Assembly: GCA_003693705.1 (NCBI GenBank)
Contig: RBZT01000781.1
Coordinates: 93,510 to 157,509, forward strand
Source: Polymyxa betae A26-41
Taxonomy: Eukaryota; Protista; Endomyxa: Phytomyxea
DNA: 64,000 nucleotides
Direction of reading: 5' to 3'
Shown here: positions 16,580-27,981 of the stretch, in pieces
Layout: each line of letters opens with the position of its first letter
Position numbering within the stretch: position 1 is the first letter of the stretch
Notes under the pieces: generated by a model
The model's input: the letters and a program-made list of their open reading frames with translations, nothing else
What the model was told of the DNA's origin: nothing
Database searches by the model: none
Position numbers and translations under genes: made by a program

Positions 16580-16609
16580 TAACCCTAACCCTAAACCCTA
16601 AAACCCCTA
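16580..16609. repeat. Interstitial telomere-like tract TAACCC TAACCC TAAACCC TAAAACCCC TA
   Basis: Read directly from the sequence. Intergenic, about 270 nt upstream of the DPH2 ATG. Confidence 0.9.
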
Positions 16610-16876
16610 GACTATGCTGCCATAGTGAGATCTGGAGCGAATTGTCATGAAAAGAAGTAGCTTTGTAGTCTCTTAACTAAACATCGAAATTAAGTAGCGC
16701 ATCCATTTTTGTCCAAACTCTACCTTCTATGATAAAGATTATGTAGAACGACTAAGTGAGAAATGTAATAGACGAAGTTGTTTTTTGAAAATTAACTCCG
16801 TCACAAAAATCTGCGTTCCTCGAAAATTCTCTTGAATGTTTCATTTTTGAAGCTGCACGGCTTCAGTGAATCGAAA

Positions 16877-18466
16877 ATGTCCATGACCAGTAGCCTCCCG
16901 ATGTCGCCATCGGGCGACCAATCGATGTCACAGCCGTCATCAGTGAAGCCACTGTACTGTTCGATGGCCGAATGCCCTGATGATTTTCGCCGTTATTTCG
17001 AACTCGAACGCACTCTCGATTTCTGCAGGCATCATGCTGTGAAAAAGCTAGCCTTACAGCTTCCCGATCATCTTCTCTGGGCAGCATCATGTCTCTGTCA
17101 ATCTCTCTCCGAATTCGTGGCCGCCGTTCTCGCCGACTCGTCCTTCTCACCTTGTTGCGTCGATGAAATCGCCGCCGAGCACATCGCCGCCGACGCCATC
17201 GTCCATTACGGCCATCGAGCCTGCCTTTCACAGACAACACGAATTCCAGTCCTGCATGTCTTCGGCAAGCTGCCCATCAACGTCCCCGACATCATCGCAC
17301 AATTTGCAACTGTGAGTTTTCGCTAGAATCTAGGGTTTTAGGGTTTAACATTTCGGCACAGGTGAACAGCACTAATCTGGTTGTCGTTGCCGATCTGCAT
17401 TATGTTGAATCGCTCGAGGCACAAGCCGCTCTGTTTCCAGAGGGCGTCCAGATTGCCACGCCCGGATGTCGTTGCGCCGGGCTCAATTTTGACGGTCAGC
17501 CCGACGCCATCCTGTACGTCGGCAATGACGATTCGATCGCCACCCTTCTGGCTCTGCATTTCAATGACACGGCCCAATTCGTGTATGACCCGGCGGCGAA
17601 GACACCGACCATCACCCGGGTAAATTCGGTCCGCTCCAAGGCCCTGATGCGACGAAGGCGATTCCTGATCGAAAAAGTTAAAGATTCCACTTCGATCGGC
17701 ATCGTTGCTGGCACATTAGCTGTTTGTGAGTCCTGATTTGTTTCGCGTTTAATCTGTTCGATCCTGTTGCTAATCTTCATATTTTATCCGAAATTCGTCA
17801 TTTAGTCGATTGTCCTGACACAGTTTTCAGCCGGTTACCTTGATTGTATTCGGCATCTACAAAAGGTGATTCGAGATAGCGGCCGTCGCTGCTACACTGT
17901 CGCGATCGGGAAGCTAAACGCCGCCAAGATCGCCAATTTCGTCGGCATCGACATCTTCGTGATGGTCGCTTGCCCCGTCTCGTGCGTCATCGATTCGCTC
18001 GATTTCAGCGTTGATGTCGTGACACCCGTCGACGTCGACCTGGCTCTCAATACGTAACCCATCGCCCTATGATTCGTGGTTCGGAAAGTCATGCTGCCCC
18101 TTGCAGGAATCGGTGCCCATACAGGCCGTATTCCACCGATTTTCATTCGATTCTGGGTGACCAGAGGGATGAATGTGAATGCTGCTCTGAGCGCGATGAC
18201 GCCGAGGGTGACGAGGCGTCGCCGCGGTTCTCGTTGATCAGCGGGAAGCTCGTCAGTGTAATAAGGCGCGGCGTCTGTTTGTCAGCGACGGATTGAATCT
18301 GTTTGTTCAGAATGGCGATGATCTGACGGCCAATGCATTCAACACTGTGGCAATGGTCGGCAATACGCGATCATTCTCTGGTCTGAATCCGAATATTGGT
18401 GCAACGCCAGTTCTTCCAGTTGAGAGGGGCCAGATTGGGATCCCTTCGGAATACTCGCCCTTGTAA
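16877..18466 (+). CDS. DPH2: Diphthamide biosynthesis protein 2
   Basis: LALQLPDHLL, LADSSFSPCCVDEIAAEH, IVHYGHRACLS, GKLNAAKIANF, VMVACP, PRFSLISGK and a C-terminal RSFSGL...GQIGIPSEY. Four introns. Confidence 0.85.
17331..17347. repeat. Telomere-like tract TAGGGTTTTAGGGTTTA inside DPH2 intron 17312-17361
   Basis: The 50-nt intron GTGAG...CACAG restores the frame between ORFs 16832 and 17362. Confidence 0.85.
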
Positions 18467-18850
18467 TCTAATGGCATCCCGCCATTTTGCTAACCTTCTC
18501 TCTGGTCCAAAATGTAATCAAGATGATCAAGGTTTCGCAGCTCACTTTTTACTTTCAAATTTATCTAGCAATTACAAACTGTCTATTATAAATAAATTCT
18601 ATCAACTTTTTAATGATTTCACTTAGCTTGTGTGTAAACCAATGCTTGAACGATTAACAAGATTGATATCTGGAAACTACTGGAAGTGCAGTAAAAGTTA
18701 GGCTTATTGTCTACATTATACAGTCAGAGTATTTCCAGCAAACAATCTTTCATTTATGGTAAGTGGCTAGATTATTGATTATGGTTTTGCTACCGATGTT
18801 GTCCTCTTAAACGCTCGTAAGAGGTTTCAAGCGAGTTCGGGCGGTACTGA

Positions 18851-19449
18851 CTACGTGCTGCTCTCTCCGGTCTCCTCCTTCTTCTTGGTCTCGGCATGGT
18901 TCGGGAACTGGCAGGTCACCAGCGTGAAATCCTTATCTGCGTCCCAGCAGTCCAACGTCATCGAAGCATTCTACACCTGCAGTTGCTGCTTACCAGGAGC
19001 AATGACGATTTCACCACGTAAACTATGTAATCGCACCGTCACCAGCTGGTTCTGTGTTAACACAATCAATGGGGGTCCAGTACGGTCCAGAAACGATGCA
19101 CTCGACCTCGTTCACGATCGGATGCCCGTCGGGATGGACGACGGCGGAATCGCTGACATTCGTATGGCCGGGGGCGTCCGCGGCACCGGCCAGAGCTTTG
19201 TCATCGCGAAGGAACTTCTGTGTCATGTAGACGAGCTCGGAAGTGAGAGCCGCCATCTGCACCATCTTCTTCGCATCCATCCCATCCGCTTTGATCGGGA
19301 TCGCTACCAACACGATCAGTCTGGAGCGCGACCAAGAACCGAGACCCCGCCCGACCTTGGGCGTTCATCAAGACCCAGCTGGTGACGCCCGGATGCGTCT
19401 GCAGCTTGCGCAGACAGAGCTCCGGTGAGAACTCCTCCTCCATTGACAT
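18851..19449 (-). CDS. Roadblock/LC7-family dynein light chain-like protein
   Basis: LQTHPGVTSWVLMNAQAIPIK ... NQLVTVRLHSLRGEIVIAPDKDFTLVTCQ resembles DYNLRB (…EIMVAPDKDYFLIVIQ). Three introns. Confidence 0.8.
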
Positions 19450-19543
19450 CGCCCTTAGTACGGTCGATTGTGCTGCTCTCTCATGACGACCATCTCCATA
19501 TTGGGGGCACCTCGGCCCCATGTGACGAGCAGCACGGGCTGTC

Positions 19544-19568
19544 AAACCCTAAACCCTTGACTAACCCC
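19544..19568. repeat. Telomere-like / telo-box motifs AAACCCTAAACCCT...CTAACCCC
   Basis: Read directly. Lies about 95 nt upstream of the Roadblock ATG in a ~160-nt intergenic gap. Confidence 0.75.
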
Positions 19569-19607
19569 AAATTGTTATCTAAATGGTGCTTAATTGTATT
19601 GTTGATT

Positions 19608-20200
19608 TCATGAGCTGCCAGGCTCGCCGGGCTGACGCCACGGCCGCTCTTTGACGGTTAGCTGACGCGCTCGAGCTCGGGCCGCCTTGCGCTCGGCCGG
19701 TGATTCCCCATCGAACGGCGGCTTCTTTGAGGCTCGGCACCGCTGTGCGCGCTGCTTTGCCCGCCTGATATCTTCATCGGGATCGCGGCTCTCGATATTA
19801 TGCTGACGTTGAATCGTATCTATTCGGTCGTTAACAGAACCAATGTAGCCTTCTCATCAATTTTCATTTTTAACAAGAAATGCTCTGTAATATCAAACGC
19901 CGTTCATCAAAGCTCTGCGTTTGACCCACCTAAAACGCTTTTGAATGCGATTTGGCCGACACTGGCTGCTCGGCCCATCGTCGCAGCTGTCGCCCGACGA
20001 TGATGAAAGGCGACGTTCTCCAAAGCAACCACAATGTCTTGAAGGTCGCGCCGTGCCTCAGCAGTCGATGATTGGCCATGACGAACGCTACGATCAGCAG
20101 CGAAGAGCGGCGTTGAGGGAAGCGACAGCGGCGTCTGAGCCGAAGGGCATCGGCGATGGATTCGCTCCCGCTTCCATAATTGAAAATCGTCTCGCGACAT
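19608..20200 (-). CDS. Hypothetical basic protein (3 exons)
   Basis: MSRDDFQLWKRE... splices via GTGGGT...TACAG and a second short intron to HNIESRDPDEDIRRAKQRAQR...PGSS*. No family recognised. Confidence 0.45.
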
Positions 20201-20302
20201 TCTGCAACGAACGTACCCCAGATCGATCAACAATGCCAATCATCTCTGTCAAATAATTGCAAGCGAAATTATGTATTGTAGGAAATCGACAGGCTGGGAT
20301 AT

Positions 20303-20647
20303 TTATTTCTGGGCAGCTTTTTTGGCGACAGCCTTGGAGGAAACAGCCTTGGTGCCTTCACGGAAACCGTTCTTCTGTAAACGCGGGATATGACGCAGGT
20401 AGCGCATACGACCAGTTCCGGTAGTTTTGCGACGGCACGCCTTCTCACTCCAGTTGTCTATTTGGCATTCGTCAGCAGACGATTCGAGGTCGTCTCACGA
20501 CTTACAGCTTCGCATCTTCTTCTGGGGCCAGCCGCACGACGAGCATTGATGTTTCTGGATGTGGAAAGAACGACGGCCGCATCGGGCGTAGCAGATGACG
20601 TGCGTCTTCGAGGTACGCTTACCGAACGATGTGGTGCCCTTGGTCAT
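20303..20647 (-). CDS. RPL37: 60S ribosomal protein L37 (eL37)
   Basis: [68 protein letters not shown]...NGFREG with intron 20458-20505. Not present in the ORF track. Confidence 0.97.
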
Positions 20648-21577
20648 GGTGCTGCTGCTTGTCGGCCGATATCACACACGATCGAATAGGAGAGGATTTG
20701 GAGGCGACGGACTCCGCTACGGACTTGGCCACATTCTCTCGTTATATTATCGCCGCGCTAAAAATCCCATAAAATCTCCAAGAAAACATACTGGTTTTAT
20801 GTAAGTGTGCTGCCTTCAGGCAAGATTCAGTGCAGGTTAAAGATACGCTATCAATGATATCGTCGGTATATAATGTTTATCTACCAGACAACTTGCACAG
20901 CTATCGTTGAAAGGAGAGGTTTGCCCGAGATCAGATATGGCTATGGTGAACAGATGAATCCGTTCATGTCGTAAAACGGCGAATAGTAGCGCTCGGTATA
21001 GCTGTAAGCAAACGATGCTTTCTGACAAATAGCATCATGATGAGCAGAGATGCGAAAGGAACAATTACCAACTAACTTTTACTAAAGTTCGTTGAACCAA
21101 TACAAGCTTACGTCGTCTGTGTTGGCTAATTGCACGAAGATGATCAAGCACCGACGTTAAGCGATAAGCGAATGTTTCCAGATTTCAGATTGAATTTATG
21201 GCTTGAGATCGACGTTTCTGCCATTATGATTTGAAATTCTTTCTATGGACCCAGTCCGGTATCTGCTCGGTCGCATTTAGTTAGTCAGCTTCTATCTGCT
21301 ATTGTAGTCTTCCATCGCCTTTGCTCAAGGTTCAAGGATTTTGTATTTCAGGTTTATTTCGTCATCAATCAAGAGATGCCGCAAGTTGACCAGCATCCTC
21401 TTAACTGCCACAACGGAAAGAGGAAGCCGTAAAAGCCCCGTTAGTAAAGCCGATTAAAAATGCAAGGCGGAATTCGAAAATGAGCTCCTTTGAAGGTAAG
21501 AGAATTACCCCCATTATCTATGTTCGGCAATTCTCTGCAAGAGTTCGTGTGGTGTATTGCATATGCGTGAGTAGCGA

Positions 21578-22441
21578 TTAGCGGCTGCCTGGTCTCGAGC
21601 CGAATACCCCGGAGAAACGTCGCCTTTGTCCAACGACTTCATCGATCGCACCGAGAGATACCTGTCTCGAGACGTCTTCAACTGGCTCGGCAGCGACCAC
21701 AACATCCGGTTCATGAAAATCCTTGGTGGGAGACAGTATCCCTGGAGGTGATGGTTTCCTGGCGCCATAAAGACATCGCGGTTCATCTTTCGAGCCTACT
21801 TTCGTCTCAACCGGTCGTTCAGAATTTCTGATGCCGAATACACGTCTGAAGGGTTGTGGCTTATCGGAAACAGATCGCCGCAACGACTGTGGTGGATGCG
21901 GTCGCTCCGGGTTCGGCAATGATTGGTAGCTTTGTAAGACCGGCGCCCTCAGCTTGATTTTGGCCAATTTCTCTAACTCTGGCTTAAGGTCCAGGTCGAC
22001 CGAAATCGCATGATCATTAGGTTCCGAGGATGACATTTGGACCAACTTGTTGAGTTCATCCGGAGTCATTTTAGGTAATGAGGCGGTACCTTTGCCAGGA
22101 GTCTTCAGACCCAATATTGCTACAGCCTTGCGATTGTCCAGATTCTCGACGTACTTGTGGGTTGATGGCTTGTCCAGGTGGAATTCTGTGAGCGCTGCTG
22201 ATCTGTATGTGACCTTAGAGCTATCGATGCCTGCGAATACAGTTCGCCTTGGAGTACCACCCAGGTTGGGCAGAGGGGTTGGGTTCAGTGCCCGGGGAGC
22301 CTTCGGCAGCTTTCGATCACAATCCCAGCGCCGACGCGCCGGCCCAGACGACGCCCCCGCCGCATCAGCCGACGACAACAGCGCGACTACGACATTGAAT
22401 ATGATGGCAATTGTCAGGCTGAGCCTCGGCTGATGAAGCAT
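21578..22441 (-). CDS. Hypothetical protein with predicted signal peptide (candidate secreted protein)
   Basis: Likely start MLHQPRLSLTIAIIFNVVVALLSSADA followed by a Pro/Lys/Arg-rich mature region. The 3' end may be spliced differently. Confidence 0.55.
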   Translation of the reverse strand: MLHQPRLSLTIAIIFNVVVALLSSADAAGASSGPARRRWDCDRKLPKAPRALNPTPLPNLGGTPRRTVFAGIDSSKVTYRSAALTEFHLDKPSTHKYVENLDNRKAVAILGLKTPGKGTASLPKMTPDELNKLVQMSSSEPNDHAISVDLDLKPELEKLAKIKLRAPVLQSYQSLPNPERPHPPQSLRRSVSDKPQPFRRVFGIRNSERPVETKVGSKDEPRCLYGARKPSPPGILSPTKDFHEPDVVVAAEPVEDVSRQVSLGAIDEVVGQRRRFSGVFGSRPGSR

Positions 22442-22582
22442 TGGGGTCGAATGGCCCCATGGGGGCGCCGCTACTCCCGCGCTAACGCAGTCGCACTCTT
22501 TGGGTTTCTTTTCTCTGTTACGCGGCGACTGCGCACTTCTTTGTACCATCACTGGGTGCGGTGTTCGTTATCGACGTCTTTA

Positions 22583-23772
22583 TTAGAATCGATCGAGCTT
22601 GGTGACGATGACGACCTTCAGGGTTTGGTCCAGTGCGGTCACGACGCCCAAACCGATTTTATCGGCGCTCCAATCCAATGATACCAGAGGCTGGTCCGAG
22701 ACGCGGCGCTTGTTCAGGCAGGTGAGCGTGCCGGCGACGCCCTGATCCCGCCCATCTTCGGTTTTGACCCGGCGTCGCGACGGGTATGCATAACGCCACA
22801 AGTTCAATGTCCCATTGCCGCCGCCGGTCGCGAACAGATCGCGGTTCTGCGGCAGATGTCGTACGAGCCAGACGGTGGAGTCGTGCGCCTTCTCTGATAG
22901 GAATGCATAGCCAACATCGGTATTGAATGTTCGCATATCGTAGACTCGGAATCGGGACTCCAGCGTTGTCACAACAAGTTTGTTCATAGGAATCTCAGCT
23001 CGGTCGAATTGCATCGATACGACACCGTTCTATGAAGAAATCAGCATGATAACAATAGTATAATCCGGAATTTGAAAAGTCGCTGGAAAATGTCTAAAAC
23101 TAAACGAATGCCTAAATGAAGGTTGTCAACCTTAACACTGGTCTCCCATCTGATCTTGTTGGTTCTGAGATCTAACAGCTTCACATCGCCATTATCATAG
23201 CCGGCAGCCACGCAGCGCTCTGCATCATCGTAGGCGCCGCCGAACGCCACCGTCCAGCAATCACGGGCGGCAGCTGCCTTCACCGGGGCGATCGCCGCCA
23301 CCGGATCCTGTTGTCGCGAGTCCCAGATTCGGACGACGCCATCCCTTCCACCGGTCACCAGCTCTGGAGCACCAGATCCTCTATCTAGACCACCAATACC
23401 ATCGATACAATTCACAAGGCCAGTATGACCATTCGGTGCAGACCAAGCTGGGCGAGATTCGCCCGAGACTCTCTCCATATCCCATATACAAACACCGCCT
23501 GAGAAGTCCCCGGTAGCAAGCTGTCGTGCATCTGTTGGCGACGCCCCGAACGTGCTGCATTTCAGCCCAGCGTCGTGATCGAGTTCGGCGGCAGGCTGCA
23601 GGCTTCCTTCTGTGAACTTGTACAGGCGAAGAAGGCCGGCGCCGTTCGGTCGCTGCCCAACCAGGGCGATTCTGGCGCTGAATGGGAGCCAGCGGGCATC
23701 GTAGGGCGTCAGGCCCAGAGCCAGGTTGACGTGCTCGATGACCTGTGGTGCAGCGCTGGCGTCCACCACCAT
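22583..23772 (-). CDS. WDR92: WD-repeat protein 92 (DNAAF10; axonemal dynein assembly, R2TP-associated)
   Basis: LKCSTFGAS, GAPELVTGGRDG, RDCWTVAFG, GYDNGDVKLLDLR, IPMNKLVVTTLES and HLPQNRDLF. One intron. Confidence 0.93.
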
Positions 23773-23819
23773 CTTCGACAATGACGTTGTGTCACAGAGA
23801 CAGCTGCTGCTGCTGGCAG

Positions 23820-23837
23820 AAACCCTAAAACCCTAAC
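23820..23837. repeat. Telomere-like tract AAACCCTAAAACCCTAAC in the 69-nt gap between the OSCP1 stop and the WDR92 start
   Basis: Read directly from the sequence. Confidence 0.88.
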
Positions 23838-23841
23838 TTTA

Positions 23842-25171
23842 TTACGGGTCGGGAGGCAGCGCATCCATCAATCCAAGCAGGTCGATGTCGTCGGCGCTGT
23901 GGTTTGCATCGTTATCAACGTCGTCGAGCTTTGATATGATATCAGCTTTTATGGATGTTGCAGGCGCCACTATCTTCTGGAAAGACGACCCCGAGCTGCC
24001 TTGGTTGGTTGATGACGACTCGGTCGTGATGAGATCCAGCTCAAGCCTGAAGGTCGGATCAGGTGGCATAATCTTGATCAGATCGGTTAGCAGCTGTGTC
24101 GGTGCCGAAACTTTCAATCCGGATGAAGTAGAAGCGACCGAGGTCGCTGCCGCCTGCGACTCTGTTCTGTTGTCGTTCTCGTAACTGAAGACGATTCAGA
24201 CAGCGACCTGAACACATCTTGCAAAGTTACATGTTGCTTCCTAAAGCACAATTTTCAGCAACTACAGGTGGTGCGGCAGTGGCTGCTGTTGCTGCTATTT
24301 GACGACTTGGAAAAGTTATGTTGAACGTCTGGGTTAAGATCCTGGAAGTGAACACGCGAACCATCCCCAGCGGGTCGCCCATCGAAGGCTGCGACCCTCG
24401 ACGTTCGTATGTGACAACGATGGCGCCGTTTGTGTCCTGAGATACATCAGGGAGCTAGCAGTCTTGGACAGCAGCGACGACCTGAAGATTGCTCTGAAGC
24501 AAGAGTGACACCTTGATTTTGCGATCTTGCAGGACATCAAGCAGGCGATAGCGCAGGACTGCAAACTCCCATTCGGCAACGCTGGCAAATAGCTAAGCTG
24601 GAGTCAGTAAAGTTCAACATTGTTGGGCTCTTACTTTGTTGACTGTTTGTAATGCGCGCTGGATTAACGAGACAGCTACACAATGGCGAGCTGACATCGG
24701 GAATAGCTCAATTAGCGAGTTCAAATGGTTTCTAGTGATGCGAACGACGTCGCTTGGGATAGTTGATGACATCAGCTGGAACTTAAAGCCCATGGTCATT
24801 AAGTCGTATAGCTGCATGCCCGATGAGTTCGGTCAGAGGTGTGGTGATGGTGCTCACTTTCTCCATGCTGGGCTCATTCAATCGCATGATTGATGAATGC
24901 GCCAGGCGTCTGAAAATCTGCTGCAGTGCGTCCAGGTTCTGGACTGGGTGCGGCTTGAACATCTCGTCGATGAACTTGGTATTGAACATGGTCGCCGTTA
25001 CTTCTTCCAGCACTGCGTCGATGATTAGGCGAGCCGCCGATTTAACAGCGATGACGAACCGCGAACGCTTTTGTCGATGGGAATGTTCTGCGCCCTTAAT
25101 CTCTGATCGATTATGTAGACCATTTCGCCGCCCATGTTGATGACCAGCACCGACATCGCCATACGTGCCAT
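23842..25171 (-). CDS. OSCP1: OSCP1 / NOR1 family protein
   Basis: INMGGEMVYIIDQRLRAQNIP, LAHSSIMRLNEPSMEKLYDLMTMGFK and LQDRKIKVSLLL. Five introns. Confidence 0.92.
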
Positions 25172-25479
25172 GACGGATGATTTGTCACTGACGCTCGTCG
25201 CTGTGACGAGTTTCCTTCGCGATCGTTGTTTTCTCCGGGCATGATCCGACCTCTGGTCGCGTGGTGCGTTGCAATCGATACGCGTTGATTGCTTCTGTTT
25301 TAACCGAAAAATAAGTCTGAGGTTAACACCTCGTACAAGCGATGTCAGCTTTGGAGATAACAGCGTTTTGTTTTGCCTGGATTGAAGCATGAGTTAGGGT
25401 TTGGACAATTCTGGAGGGAACTACAAAGGTGTCTAATTCATAAATTGCATTTGATGTTACGTATAGATATGTATATGAT

Positions 25480-27981
25480 TTAAATCCAGTACATTTGGGC
25501 ACCAGTTCGTTCTAAAACCTTGGGCAGAGCAGTGATCTTGAAGCTTTCTGAGCCCGAACCGGACCGGAACTCGTTCTCTTCACTCTGCGAGTGATAACGC
25601 GCTCGATCTGCGGCGAGGTGTGCATAATAGACGGCCGGAACGATCGACACGGAACGGGTGCACCGAGCATAAGTATAACATTGATGATAAGTGATGCCTT
25701 GCAGAAGGTCAGCAGTGAAATTATTCTCGTCGAAGATAACATGGTAGTGAGTTGGCCTTGAAGTTCCTTGGATACCACCATGTGAACATAAATAAAAATC
25801 AAATTGTCGAGGATGGACGACAGAAGAATCGACAACAGTTCCAGCGGGAATATTGCCAGAACGATCTCCAGCAGACGCTTGGTTAACAAAAAAACGAGCA
25901 TGGTGGCGCTTCTGTACTATAATGAAGGTAATTTTAGGGGTATACCCGGGCTCAAGATTATTGCAAGCATCTCGAAGTGCATTTAATTCATGTCTCAAAA
26001 CAGATTCAAACTGCCCCTCAGAAACGCCATCACGATAGAATAGAATGCGTTCTGGCTTCTTGCCTTTTGTTGCCGTATAAAACCGAATCAACAAGGTCTT
26101 AGCCATGTTGTTGAGATCTTCTATGATTTCTTGGCGGGGTTTCTGGGCTCGAGTTTCACAAGCGTATTTTGATGGGTGGGCATCCATCGAGGCAACAACT
26201 GCAGCTAATGAAGGAAGCCTAGAAAAAGCGGCCCCGTGCGTAACATCAGCTCCAAATATGATGACAGGTTTCTTGAATAAAAGCTCATGTGAAGGCGATC
26301 GAGACAAAACGCTGTTGATGCCCCCAATCCGAGTGTTAATCTTGAGTAGGAGATTACCACAATACATCGGGTCTGCCTTTTGAAGATGCTTGGATTGCAT
26401 ACATTGGGAAGGTACATCCAGCACAGTGTCGCAAATACGCTTGATCTCACCATATGCGTTACTGTCACCAAATGGTAGAATGATTAACAGTAATTGACAC
26501 CGAAGTTTTGAACTCTCGATTTGCTTGACAGCTTTTGTTAGCGCATCCTGGTAGCAAATCGTGCCCCGCCCCTGTGGACGACAAGGGATTATAACTGGTC
26601 GCTTGAAAGAAACACCATGTTCCTTTGCAGCCCCGTTGAGAACAGAGAGGAAGTTATTCACTTCATTTTCGCGAACACGTTGTTCAAAGACGACAACACC
26701 CCAGTTATCGACCGGCGGGGAAGAAACGTAGGAAGCATCTCTGGCTTGCCAGGCTCCCAGCTGAGGTTGTACAGTCTTCTTCTTGGATTGTTGGTGATAG
26801 GAGATGGTAGGAGGTTCCAACACACGACCATTAACCTTGACCATTTGCGCGTTAACTTTTAATCCAAAGTCTTTTACAACAGGGTCTTTGTCATATTCCC
26901 GTTCTTGCAAACATTTCGCGATATTCTCCATTCGCACATTCGGCTTTGTCGCAGTCTTCTTGATCATTGCAGCAGTTTGTGCAGGCGCTAGCTTCTTAGT
27001 GATTCGCTCGCCAGAAACAACGTGGCAAACCTCCATCGGCAGATATGTAGGCTTTTCTTTGGACCCTACTATCAATAGAGGAAGATGCGGATGCTGCAGC
27101 TTGAGGTTGTAGCGCTCTTGAAAGTATTTAGCAACGTTCGTTGACCGGGTTTCGTTGTCTTCTTCAATAGTAAACTTTAGCTGCACAGAGGATTCCTTAG
27201 CAATGTCACGAATCCTGTACTTTCGCTTCATATCGCCGCGATGGGTAACGGAAACTTTGACTCCAATTAGTTCGGATCGAAGAGCACCACGGCAAGATTC
27301 GTTAATATTGGCTAGTTCTCGTCGAGTAGCGGCTTTCACGAGGTCGAGGACAGGCTGCGCCCGATGAAACACTGACGCAGCGATGTCGATATTAACCAGT
27401 AAACGGCCGTGTGCAGGACGGAGAGACTGGTGATAGCCGAACCAAATCTCAGACAAGGCATCAAGTGGGACAGTGTTGCGACCGGAAAAGAAGGAAGAGC
27501 CAAGTGAAATAAGCTTGCCAATGGGAGTCGATCGGCAGATGACATCTAATGCTTGAACACAGTCTTGAGGAGTATCAAGATTTCGTCCAGCTAGGAATTG
27601 ATGAAGAGAATTCATTGGCACAACAGCGACATGCTCGATCTTAATAGTGAAACGGCTTCTACGATCAGGAAGATTAATGACCTCCGTTTTAGACGGCCAT
27701 GGCAATCTGATGGGATAATACATCGTAGCCTCTCCGTCATAAGCCAGGGCCTTATTGCCTTCGAAAAAGTTTTTCTGTTTGTGAAGGACGTTCATGATCT
27801 GGAGATTGGCGGCCTTGGGAACAGACGGTGTTATCTGCACATTGTACATGTGAAAGTCGGCATTAGGGATAGAAGAAACCTCGAAGAAATTGGCAGTCAA
27901 GCTAATGGGTTTGCCTGCCTTACCGACGCCAGGGCGCTGAGGCATGGCGTTGGGGTTGAAAGTATCGGGCGAAGTCGTCAT
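25480..27981 (-). CDS. AGO: Argonaute (AGO clade; N-PAZ-MID-PIWI), 833 aa, single coding exon, intact DEDH tetrad
   Basis: GYHQSLRP, YLPMEVC, GADVTH (D), QEII (E), YRDGVSEGQF (D), QKRHHAR, SHGGIQGTSRPTHY and YYAHLAA (H). Confidence 0.97.
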   Translation of the reverse strand: MTTSPDTFNPNAMPQRPGVGKAGKPISLTANFFEVSSIPNADFHMYNVQITPSVPKAANLQIMNVLHKQKNFFEGNKALAYDGEATMYYPIRLPWPSKTEVINLPDRRSRFTIKIEHVAVVPMNSLHQFLAGRNLDTPQDCVQALDVICRSTPIGKLISLGSSFFSGRNTVPLDALSEIWFGYHQSLRPAHGRLLVNIDIAASVFHRAQPVLDLVKAATRRELANINESCRGALRSELIGVKVSVTHRGDMKRKYRIRDIAKESSVQLKFTIEEDNETRSTNVAKYFQERYNLKLQHPHLPLLIVGSKEKPTYLPMEVCHVVSGERITKKLAPAQTAAMIKKTATKPNVRMENIAKCLQEREYDKDPVVKDFGLKVNAQMVKVNGRVLEPPTISYHQQSKKKTVQPQLGAWQARDASYVSSPPVDNWGVVVFEQRVRENEVNNFLSVLNGAAKEHGVSFKRPVIIPCRPQGRGTICYQDALTKAVKQIESSKLRCQLLLIILPFGDSNAYGEIKRICDTVLDVPSQCMQSKHLQKADPMYCGNLLLKINTRIGGINSVLSRSPSHELLFKKPVIIFGADVTHGAAFSRLPSLAAVVASMDAHPSKYACETRAQKPRQEIIEDLNNMAKTLLIRFYTATKGKKPERILFYRDGVSEGQFESVLRHELNALRDACNNLEPGYTPKITFIIVQKRHHARFFVNQASAGDRSGNIPAGTVVDSSVVHPRQFDFYLCSHGGIQGTSRPTHYHVIFDENNFTADLLQGITYHQCYTYARCTRSVSIVPAVYYAHLAADRARYHSQSEENEFRSGSGSESFKITALPKVLERTGAQMYWI

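Noticed and set aside
16580-16609. Telomere tracts as true chromosome ends or assembly joins
   Set aside because: They are only 2-4 units long, and the genes that contain them continue in frame across the introns.
20515-20530. Apparent frameshift in RPL37 at a G homopolymer
   Set aside because: Re-reading gives TGG CCC CAG AAG AAG ATG in frame. The gene is intact.
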